From contig JALSOH010000007.1 of assembly GCA_026986575.1 (NCBI GenBank), positions 1 through 39,445 on the forward strand: a DNA stretch of 39,445 bases, written 5' to 3'. The first letter of the stretch is position 1; the number at the start of each line of letters is the position of its first letter. This document shows positions 30,592-39,188 of this stretch, piece after piece. The notes below the pieces were generated by a model, which saw only the letters and a list, made by a program, of their open reading frames with translations, had not been told where the DNA came from and searched no databases. The translations under genes and the position numbers were made by a program. Source of the stretch: Thermoproteota archaeon (GTDB taxonomy: Archaea > Korarchaeota > Korarchaeia > Korarchaeales > Korarchaeaceae).

Positions 30592-33135
30592 GTGAGCGCT
30601 TCTATGAAGAACTCGCTCGCGCTTTATTTGACCTTGGCTCTCTTATCCTTCCTAATCCTCACCTCCATTATCTTCATTGATTGGGGGCGTACTGAGTCTT
30701 CAGCACCCACCTCCAGCATGGTAACGGCCCCAAATGGATCAGAGGATTCGAGGGATTCGACAAGTTCCACGACTCCCTCAGCGACCACCCGTGGGGCGTC
30801 TGTCGCATCCCCGCCATCATCGCATCCGGGCCCGGATCCCGTCACTGAGTACGCGGAGGAGAGAGGTGCTGGAGAGATCTCAAACCACCTTAGACCTCTT
30901 GGAGCGGATGGCCGATTGGATCCAGAAGATAAAAAGCTGGTGGACTTAATAGCGTCCCTTCCATCCGAAGAGCTGGACGATGACCTCATCAGGACGTTGG
31001 ATGAAGTGGTCTCCGATGGGAGGGTTGATGGGGGTGAGCTCTCCCTGCTGGACGACAGGTACGTCAATCCAGAGCCTCCATCGATCATGAGATTGAGCTT
31101 GATCCCGAGTCGGGTCGTCAACGGGAAGATTTATGGGCTGAGGCTCTCCTTCCAGGTTGCGGATTCTGAGACTCCGATAGCCTCTGCAACACTCGAATGG
31201 ATCCCTTTAAGGTATGGGGGTCTACCGGATAGGGCCTTCCCCAGTGAGGACACTAGGATCCTCCACCTGACGCCCTCCGATGGCGGGTATGGAGATCGGG
31301 TGGAGGAGTTCCACGTAGCGATAACCGATTTCAGGGGCGGCAGGGAGTACGAGATCAGGGTGGAGGTCGAGGACAGGGCCGGAAACAGGCAAGTGACCAC
31401 GATCAAGACCCCCTACATCAGGGAGTACGAGGACGTCGCGGGGCGAGACGGCCAGCTAGTGGGCGCGATTTACTACCCCAAGTACGACCATGGTAGACGA
31501 CGGAAGAGATGCAACGACGCGCCCCTCCTAGGAGAGTATGACCCGGAAAACGATGTGGTCATCTCCAAACACATAGACTGGGCGTCAGGACATGGTGTGG
31601 ACTTCTTCTTGGTCAGCTGGCGGGGTCCCGGTAGTTATGAGGACTCGATTCTGAGGGGCCACATAATGAGGAACCCCTTGGCAGGGAGCATGAGGTTCGC
31701 CGTGCTCTATGAAGCCGACAGGCTGGGTGATCTGGACCCCGCAGAGGCGGGGCAAGTGTTGAGGAACTACATCGACTACCTGAATGGGACGTATTTCAAC
31801 GATCCCCACTACCTCAAAATAGAGGGTAAACCCGTACTGGGGATACATGTTGTGGGAGAGCTGCCAGGGAGCGTTCTAGAGGCCTTATCCGAGTGCAAGG
31901 GGGAATACGACCTCTACCTCGTAAGGAGCCTCGATCACCTCCGGGATCGATCTGAGGCGGCGCGATTGAGGTATTTCGACGGGGTTGTTCTGGGCAGTAC
32001 TCCCGACCTCCTGGGAGCGATGGGGGGTTCCAGCCTAGGCTACCGTGAGTGGCATGCATATCTGATGGCCTCTGGAATCGATTTCATCCCTTCAGTCGCG
32101 CCCCCTCTGGATGACGGAGCAGCGGATGGGGAGAAGGTTTCCTCGAACATTGAGGTGTTTAAGGAGCGGCTCATAAGGGCCCTTCACCATTCCTGGCCTA
32201 GAAAGGTGGTCTTAATATCATCTTTCAACGATTGGGCCAGCTGCAATCCCATAGAGCCCTCTGAGGAGAATGGGATTAGGTACCTAGATGCCGTCCTTGA
32301 GGCTGTGGGGGAATACGAAAGGAGGCAGAGGGGGTTGAGGGGGATAGTATACATCCTCCCCTCCGGGGCGTGCACCGATGCTTGGGAGAGGAGGTACGGA
32401 GACAGGATCTACTTCTACGTCCACGCCAACTTGTCCGATTACAGGGACATGATCGAGAGGGATTTCTCTCTGATAAGCGAGAATTACGACACGGTCATCG
32501 TGATCATTCCGGCTGATGACACTGAGCTCTTCCTACACAACCTCAAAGTCATCAGCGATATTGCCAGCGAGCACTCCCTGCGAGTCCTCTGGGGCATTTT
32601 CCCGAAAGAAAAGTACGGGATCGAGGAGAGCTACCTGAGGTCGGGGACCGCCATGAACGAGCTGGTGATAGAGCTAATGGAGTACCTCTCATCCCTCGAT
32701 TCGACATGGAAGGTGGCCGTGTGGTACGGCTGGGAGGGAAGGCAGGATTATAGGGAAATACTCCACTTCTATCGCAATCTACCCGAAGATCTGAAGGAGG
32801 GATTTGCTATCTGGCTAGATGAGGAGTATGCTTCGGTATTAAACGGATTAGCAACCGTCGAGCCCGGTTTCTTCGTGGTAACCGAACTGTACAGTGGAGA
32901 GGAGATAGCGAGGTACTCTGGGAGGTTTGAGCGCCAGGTGGTGATCACCGGGCACGAGGCAGGCAGTGCGGGGGATTGGTTGAAGGGGATATGTCCCCTG
33001 TTGAGGTCGATCAGAACGTCTTATGTCGGTATATGGATGTTCTACGACAGGGGAGATGGATCAGGAGAGAGTTACGGAGCCTATTTCCCGGGTGAGGGAC
33101 TGGCAGATCCATGGGACTGTATTAAAGGGGGATAA
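30592..33135 (+). CDS. Membrane-anchored GH99-like domain protein with Ser/Thr linker and a second C-terminal barrel-like domain
   Basis: N-terminal TM; VGAIYYPKY, PLLGEYD, HIDWASGHGVDFFLVSW, YLKIEGKPV, ISSFNDW..IEPS. Confidence 0.7.
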   Translation: MSASMKNSLALYLTLALLSFLILTSIIFIDWGRTESSAPTSSMVTAPNGSEDSRDSTSSTTPSATTRGASVASPPSSHPGPDPVTEYAEERGAGEISNHLRPLGADGRLDPEDKKLVDLIASLPSEELDDDLIRTLDEVVSDGRVDGGELSLLDDRYVNPEPPSIMRLSLIPSRVVNGKIYGLRLSFQVADSETPIASATLEWIPLRYGGLPDRAFPSEDTRILHLTPSDGGYGDRVEEFHVAITDFRGGREYEIRVEVEDRAGNRQVTTIKTPYIREYEDVAGRDGQLVGAIYYPKYDHGRRRKRCNDAPLLGEYDPENDVVISKHIDWASGHGVDFFLVSWRGPGSYEDSILRGHIMRNPLAGSMRFAVLYEADRLGDLDPAEAGQVLRNYIDYLNGTYFNDPHYLKIEGKPVLGIHVVGELPGSVLEALSECKGEYDLYLVRSLDHLRDRSEAARLRYFDGVVLGSTPDLLGAMGGSSLGYREWHAYLMASGIDFIPSVAPPLDDGAADGEKVSSNIEVFKERLIRALHHSWPRKVVLISSFNDWASCNPIEPSEENGIRYLDAVLEAVGEYERRQRGLRGIVYILPSGACTDAWERRYGDRIYFYVHANLSDYRDMIERDFSLISENYDTVIVIIPADDTELFLHNLKVISDIASEHSLRVLWGIFPKEKYGIEESYLRSGTAMNELVIELMEYLSSLDSTWKVAVWYGWEGRQDYREILHFYRNLPEDLKEGFAIWLDEEYASVLNGLATVEPGFFVVTELYSGEEIARYSGRFERQVVITGHEAGSAGDWLKGICPLLRSIRTSYVGIWMFYDRGDGSGESYGAYFPGEGLADPWDCIKGG

Positions 33136-33390
33136 CTGGCACTGGGCCGTGCCCCACCCAAGACGATCAGGCCTCGGAGGTCTCATTTCTGCTTTCAGGT
33201 GCCCCTCCCTCTCAAGTCATATCGCTCTTAGAACGTTGAAACCCTCTCCTGTCACCTAGAATCGGGAAAACCCCATGAGGGCCTATGCCTCCGGGGCGTG
33301 CAACTTCGTCCCGTCAAAAGCGTGCAATCTCTTGGAATTTCCGGGAAACAGGATTAAATATTGGTCACTCTGGCCCAAAACGGTGGTGTA

Positions 33391-33990
33391 TTGTCCATAG
33401 GACTCGTGACCACGGTGGTAGGTTTACTGGTGGATTCGGTAGAGGTCGTGAGGCTCGGGAAGGAGCTGAAGGGCTACCTGTCGAGGAGGAAGAGTTCCGA
33501 TGAGAGGATAGACATACCAAGCGACCAGGAGGACAGGATGAAATCCCTCATCGGTGGTGTGATCGGATCAAAGCTGGTGGACGCTTTCATATCCTACGTG
33601 GAGAGCGGCGACCCAGGTCCGATGATGGAGGTCATAGATGGGGTGGAGAGGAGAAAGGAAGTGAGCGCATCCATCGACGTGATAGGCAGGAACCCTGAAG
33701 TCATGTACAGGAGGCAGTTCGGCAGGGATCCCGACTACATCTATAAGTACGTTCCAGATCAGGGTGGTTTGAGCGTAAAGGAATTCCCTCTGGTAGCGTT
33801 CAGCTCGGCGAAGTTTCTGGAATTGATAAACAACCTGCATCCTTCCGCCAAGAAGAGGCTCATCCTCTCGGCACCCGTGATCTTGGGATTTCAGATAGGT
33901 CAGCTCGTGGGAACCACGGCAAAGTTCTATCCCCTGCACCTAGTGAGGGAATCCGGTTACGCCGAGGTTAGCCCCGTCGTCAGGTACTGA
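33391..33990 (+). CDS. N-terminal hydrophobic helix + SAVED-like (single lobe) domain protein
   Basis: C-terminal RLILSAPVILGFQIGQLVG...FYPLHL..SGYAEV matches the SAVED C-terminal pattern (hL(F)xxPxxLxFxhG...Y). TTG 33391 is preferred because an ATTAAATA box lies at about 33353. 9 bp upstream of csx1. Confidence 0.6.
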   Translation: MSIGLVTTVVGLLVDSVEVVRLGKELKGYLSRRKSSDERIDIPSDQEDRMKSLIGGVIGSKLVDAFISYVESGDPGPMMEVIDGVERRKEVSASIDVIGRNPEVMYRRQFGRDPDYIYKYVPDQGGLSVKEFPLVAFSSAKFLELINNLHPSAKKRLILSAPVILGFQIGQLVGTTAKFYPLHLVRESGYAEVSPVVRY

Positions 33991-33999
33991 GGCGATGCC

Positions 34000-35963
34000 A
34001 TGTCCCACGTCCTAGTCCACGTGGCTGGGGACACCCTGCTGAGGGGATCGAGGAAACTCTACGAGGTTAGGGCGCCTGGACGAAAATCCATTCGGTTGAG
34101 GGCTTCATCCACCGCACTGCCCGTCTCCATGGAGGCGCTGGGCAGGGGGAAGGCCGACCCGGGCAAGCTCAAGATGATCGTTCCCCTCCCCCACTCCCTC
34201 GTAACCCACGCCGAGAAGTTTTGGAGGCTCCCAAGGATGGGGGAAGGAGTGGAGGAGTGGATCCTAGACGCGACCCGGAGACTAGTGGTCGAATTCCCGA
34301 GGCTACTCGTCAAGGACGTGAATGAGGAGTTACCGGGGGACTTCGGAGGCCTGCTTGACGGCTCTCCTCTATCTTGGCTAGGGTGGTCCAAGTCAGGGGC
34401 ACCTTCACCCTGCCTCTGGAGGACGGGACTGGCGTGAGGCTCAAATTCGAGAGAGGCGGGCCCTCCCACATATTCGCCGAGGTTTACCGATCTCTTAGGG
34501 AACTGGGAGATGTGGAGAGGGTGGTCTTCGATCTGAGTCAGGGGTGGAATCACCTGACCGTAATGGCCTACATAGGAGCACTGGCGTACGCTGAGGTGAA
34601 CTGGGTGAATCTGATCCCCCTGACCTCAATGCCCGTGTTGGTCCCATCGGGTAGACCCCCCACGAGGACACGCCCAAGCCCTGATCCATACCAGGAGGGG
34701 TTAGCAGGGGCAGCAGGCCGAGCCGTCGAGCTCCCAGTGGATTTCATGGATGTCGAGGAGGCTCAGGTGATTCACGGACTTGTTGTAACTATATCGAAGT
34801 TGCTGGCCCACAGCAGACTTAGCCCCGGCATGATAGCGGATATATGGGAGAATGTAGTGAGGAGGGAGTTCGATCGATACGGAAACCTAGAGAAGGGTAA
34901 GGAGCTCCTGAAATCCCTGATCAGGCTCAGGAAGGTCTCTTGCGCGCTCGATACCACCATGCTAACCTACCTGCATCACGCTTTGAGGAGCTTCAGCGAA
35001 TCCCTCCATTCTATTCGCGAGATGCTCAATTACCTCAAGGAGAGGATGGATAGAGGGGACTACGTGGAGCGCCTGAAGCCGAATCCGGATGCCTTCGCTG
35101 AGGGCTTTGATGAGATCGTGATAGAATACGAGCTTGAGCCTCCCCTGTCCTATCCGCTGGCGGATTCAGTGAGCTCCTTCGCCCTCAAGATAGGGATCGA
35201 TACGTTGAATCATCACTTGAGGAGGGATCACGCGTCCCTGAGGTTCGCTCAGGAGGTCAGGTCCCTCTACCGCTCGTTGGGCATGCACCCGAACGAGGTC
35301 TTGATAGCTAGAGAGCTAGCTATGATCGATAGGAGCGGCAACCTCAGAAGCGTAAACTGCATGGTGAGGGAGGCGCCGGGAGGCACAGCCTTGGGCTACA
35401 TGAGGTCGTACATCGAGGAAATGGCCTGCGAGATGGTTAAAAAGAGGATCAGAGGATCGGTCGCCTCCGTCCGTGATGTTTACCCGTTCGCGATTCTGGG
35501 CAGGAGGTGCCCGGATGTCGTGAGGGACGCCTATAGAGAGACCAGTAAGTTCGATAGGAGCTCAACCTTGGTGGATCTCCATGAGGAGAGCCTGAAATGG
35601 GAAATCTTCAGGACTAAAGCGGTAGATTTGATGGAAAACTCTTCGTGCAAGGACGATTGGTGGGTCAGGAACTTCCTCTCGGCGGATAAACTGATGAGGG
35701 GAAGAGACGCGGTCAGCCCGGAGGAGGTCTCTTCACTCCTCAGGAACCTTGCCGTCCATGTTGGCCTCCAGCACTTCTCCGTGAGGAATCTAGTGCCCGT
35801 CCTCGATCGTGGCGGCGTGATCGAGGATGTGGAGATCCACTATTACCATGAGCTCTTCGAGGGGCTGGAAGATCTGGCCAGTGGGAAGTTGAGGGGAAGG
35901 TTGGATGGGATGCCCGAGGACCTCATCAGGGAGATCGGGTGTCTATGCGATGTAGGGATCTGA
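34000..35963 (+). pseudogene. csx1: Csx1-like CARF-HEPN ribonuclease split by one frameshift (about 654 aa if repaired)
   Basis: ORF 34000 carries the CARF start (VLVHVAGD..YEV..LPHSL). ORF 34374 continues with VFDLSQGWNH (DxTHG variant) and HEPN RNLAVH (RX4H). One added base at about 34359 joins them (LLD-RLSSILARVV). Confidence 0.8.
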
Positions 35964-36306
35964 GACGAGATTGGCTCGGGTTGGGCTTTTAGCATCAACC
36001 TCACCTACTCGGCTGGTGATGAAACACTCTCGGAGATCATCAAGGGGCCCCAAGCGGTGAAACGAAGGGGGAGAATGAGTGAGATGAGAATACGTCCTCG
36101 CGCGACACGCGATGGCTGGGTGGAGGATGGGTAGCCTCCCAGAACGATCGTCTCTGGTTGGATTAAAACTCGTAAACCCCCATAAAGCGGAAATCATTCC
36201 GCTAGAAGCTCAGTACCGTCCTAGACCCGAGAGGACCGTCGGTTCAACTACTCGTAAGTCGAATCTGGCTATTCATGCACTAGCGGGAGGCTCCCTAGCA
36301 CGTCGC

Positions 36307-37068
36307 TCACTCCACAGCCTCCCTCATGGCCTCTCCTATAGCCCTACCCAGGTCTGTGGGTATGATCCTGCCTCCGGATACCTGTATAAGGCCTGAGAAC
36401 CTGAGGGCAGCTATGTAGTCTTCCCCAAGATCCTCAAGTTCCGACCTGCTGCCTCCCTCGCTGAGGATCCCCGCCACCCTCCTGACTATCGAATAAGGCA
36501 GTGGAAGCATGGGTATCCTCATCACGCTGTAGGTCAAGGGGGGATACATGAGGATCTGCAGCTCCCTATTCTCCCTGTAGTAACTGAGAGGATCGTCCGA
36601 TGAGGCGAGTTCCTCTATCTTCGGTCTCAGCCTCTCTAGCTCGATGTTAACCACCCTCACATCTGGCACGACCACATGGTAGATACCGGATACCGCAAGC
36701 ACCTGCCCCAGAAGGGCCACCTCCACCGAGACGCTCTTCCTCCCCCCTGAAATGAGTAGGTAGACTGGCTTCTCCAGTCCAGCTATCTCTGAAGCCGCTA
36801 TTCTCATGAAATCGAAGGCCACGTTCTCATTAACGATGTCCTCGTAGTCCAGAGTAAGGCTAACCACCTTGGCCTTGGGATACCTGTCCTTCACGGCTGC
36901 CTCAACTAGCCTGGCGCCTTCCTGAACGCGTTTGTCCTTTGTAAGGATCAGTTCCACGGTTTTTGGCTTCATGTTGTACTGCCAGTCCAGGTACTGGATC
37001 AGCTCTGTAACGATGGGTGGGCTCAGGCCGAGAGGGGCTAGCAGGGAGTAATCACTGAAGTAACGCAT
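36307..37068 (-). CDS. CARF + winged-helix protein, Csx14/Crn1 (Sso2081-like) ring-nuclease family
   Basis: LAPLGLSPPIVTE, LILTKD, YEDI, LLISGGRKSV, IYHV; C-terminal wHTH-like LRFSGLIQVSGGRIIPTDLG. Confidence 0.8.
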   Translation of the reverse strand: MRYFSDYSLLAPLGLSPPIVTELIQYLDWQYNMKPKTVELILTKDKRVQEGARLVEAAVKDRYPKAKVVSLTLDYEDIVNENVAFDFMRIAASEIAGLEKPVYLLISGGRKSVSVEVALLGQVLAVSGIYHVVVPDVRVVNIELERLRPKIEELASSDDPLSYYRENRELQILMYPPLTYSVMRIPMLPLPYSIVRRVAGILSEGGSRSELEDLGEDYIAALRFSGLIQVSGGRIIPTDLGRAIGEAMREAVE

Positions 37069-37375
37069 GTGTGTTCAACCCGATACGCCAGATAAAGATG
37101 ATCCATTTGTTACCGGCAGCCGCGCATTAATGTAAAAATGACAGGGCTCTAGTAGTTTCAACTCACAGCTGCCGATGAGGTTAATGTACAGGCACGGGTC
37201 CAGTTGCCGATGGGTCGGGGGTGAATCAAATCCTGTCTTAGATTCACTCATGCAGATGTAACTTATCGCAGACAGCGCATGACTGCACTCGAACCCTCCC
37301 AAACTTTCACTTCGGAGGGAGAGGAATGAAAGGGCGGGCAACAACCCTTATGGTGGACCTGCAGCGAATCCCCTT

Positions 37376-38131
37376 ATGGCGGAGACTCACGTGATCACAT
37401 GCGGCATCAGTCTCCTCATGAACACTATCAGGTCGACTGAGGAGGACATTCTCTCCTCGATACCAGAAGAAAAGCTCCGCGAACTCTCCAACCCCAGAAG
37501 TCTATCAGAAGCACTAAAGTCCCTCACTGGAGACGAGAGGAGGGCTCTCGAGGAGGCGATGCTCTCCAACCTGAGAAGGGATCCGAGGAGAGCCAGCGCT
37601 GAGATGAATGCCTTCCTCGGGTATATAAACGAGTACTCCACGGAGGTTAGGGATCTACACCTCTTAGTCTCCGACACCGACGCCGGGAAGCTAGTAGCGA
37701 AGATTCTCGACGAATACCTTACAGAGAGTGGGTACAACGTCTCCAAGCATGTGGTCGCTGGCTTCGGCTCCGAGGACTTCGACGCTGCTCTCAAGGAGCT
37801 GAAGGAGGTGGTGGGATCCATAGTGGGGAGATCGGGCGATGTGGTCCTCAACCTCACCGGTGGATTCAAGGCGGAGATAGCCGCATTATCGGTTCTTGCC
37901 GCTGAAAGCGGTCTCAGAGCGTACTACATACATGAGGCCGCCAAGAAGATCGTGATCTTGCCGACGGCCAGCCAGCTGAAGGTGAAGGTTACCAAGTGGG
38001 AGAAGGCCCTAGCCATCCTCACGGCCATCCTGAGCTTCCCGATCGACTCGTTACTCGGCTTCCCCCTCTTCGTAGTAGCTGAAATTGCAATATTCGTGCC
38101 GACCCTCTGGATAATACTGAAGAAGGCCTGA
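37376..38131 (+). CDS. APE2256/Sso1393-family CARF protein with C-terminal hydrophobic (about 2 TM) hairpin
   Basis: VITCGISLLMN, SAEMNA, LLVSDTDAG, LNLTGGFKAE, YYIHE, then ALAILTAILSFPIDSLLGFPLFVVAEIAIFVPTLWIILKKA. Confidence 0.85.
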   Translation: MAETHVITCGISLLMNTIRSTEEDILSSIPEEKLRELSNPRSLSEALKSLTGDERRALEEAMLSNLRRDPRRASAEMNAFLGYINEYSTEVRDLHLLVSDTDAGKLVAKILDEYLTESGYNVSKHVVAGFGSEDFDAALKELKEVVGSIVGRSGDVVLNLTGGFKAEIAALSVLAAESGLRAYYIHEAAKKIVILPTASQLKVKVTKWEKALAILTAILSFPIDSLLGFPLFVVAEIAIFVPTLWIILKKA

Positions 38132-38259
38132 AGAGATAACTGGTGAGCAAGCGCTGCGTGATACTGAGAGTTTGCCGTCACCCTCGGTCAAGAGAGCGTT
38201 CCGAAGGTGGAACTGGAGGATGCCTCGCGCGGAATGCGAGAAAATGATACAATTTGTTC

Positions 38260-38405
38260 CTTTCAACTCCCTTTTCGGGATTCTTGTGCCTTTAAATAAC
38301 CATTTCTGATAAGGTCTGTTAGAACTTTCAACTCCCTTTTCGGGATTCAGGACGTCCACGTCAAACCTAGCGAACATGTTACTTTCAACTCCCTTTTCGG
38401 GATTC
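38260..38405 (-). CRISPR. Mini CRISPR array 2: three identical 24-bp repeats GAATCCCGAAAAGGGAGTTGAAAG, spacers of 33 and 41 bp
   Basis: CTTTCAACTCCCTTTTCGGGATTC at 38260, 38325 and 38382 on +; the TTGAAAG 3' end indicates - strand. Confidence 0.92.
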
Positions 38406-38540
38406 TAAAGGTGTAATACCTCCCTTCAATATAAATCTCCCCTCTAATAAGTACAATTTTTAACAGGCTTTCGCTGCACCTCGACCTGTAAGGGGTATAT
38501 AAAGGGCAGCGAATATATGAACTACAACTCATATGGAATA
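38406..38540 (-). promoter_or_regulatory. AT-rich leader/promoter of mini array 2
   Basis: Low-GC stretch; on the - strand a TTTATAT TATA-like box with purine-rich upstream sequence lies about 25-30 bp before the first repeat. Confidence 0.65.
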
Positions 38541-38769
38541 AGCATCTAGCAAGCGCGAGTCTGCTCTATCCCGTTCAGCGCTGGATGAGGATGCCTCGCC
38601 AGAAGAGGTTCTTGATGAAGACACCGCCCTCGACATATCTACAGCTGTGATGCAGAGCGCTCGCTAGCTATCATGTCCCGAAAAAGGCCTCGAATACCCT
38701 CCAACAGATCCAATGGGAGTGATCAGGCTTTCAACAGGACGATCAGCAACGATGTCTGGAGGAGGGCAT

Positions 38770-39135
38770 CCTATTGCAGGAGAAGGGAAGCTCAAGAGGG
38801 CGTCGAAAGGGAAGGACATTAATGCACCAACTACCGCCTTCTCGTGCCTGAAGAGTCGGATCTTAGGTCCCATCTCCGGCAGGAGCTTCACCACCTCTTG
38901 AGTCCCTCGTGTATGTAGCAGGCATTCAAGTCGCTTCCAACAGCGATGGCACCCATGGCTGCCTCCTCCGTTTGAGGCCGTCCGTCAGGTCCAGTTTGAA
39001 CTCTCCCTTCTCAGGCTTACTATCCTCCTCAGGAGTTTCTTTATCCTGTTTCACCGCTCATTTGTGGTTCTGGGAATCGAATCCAAGGTCCTTCCTAATC
39101 TCCACTCCATCTTCGCCCATCAGCCCTGTCCATGT
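38770..39135 (-). pseudogene. Decayed paralogue of the CARF-TM gene (37376..38131)
   Basis: Minus-strand fragments GFDSQN, LDLTDGLK, LNACYIHE and VVKLLP..KIRLFRHEKAVVGALMSFPFDALLSFP align with GFGSED, LNLTGGFK, LRAYYIHE and IVILP..KVKVTKWEKALAILTAILSFPIDSLLGFP; contains stops and frameshifts. Confidence 0.75.
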
Positions 39136-39188
39136 CGACTACGGACCCTCGGGAAAGAATTTATTACCCTCATTCCTATCTTTACTCG

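Noticed and set aside
33391-38131. Interpretation as a CBASS operon because of the SAVED-like gene
   Set aside because: No CD-NTase/SMODS cyclase in the window; the neighbours are type III CRISPR-type CARF genes.
38051-38532. Minus-strand ORFs containing RIPKRELK twice
   Set aside because: These are translations of the mini-array repeats.
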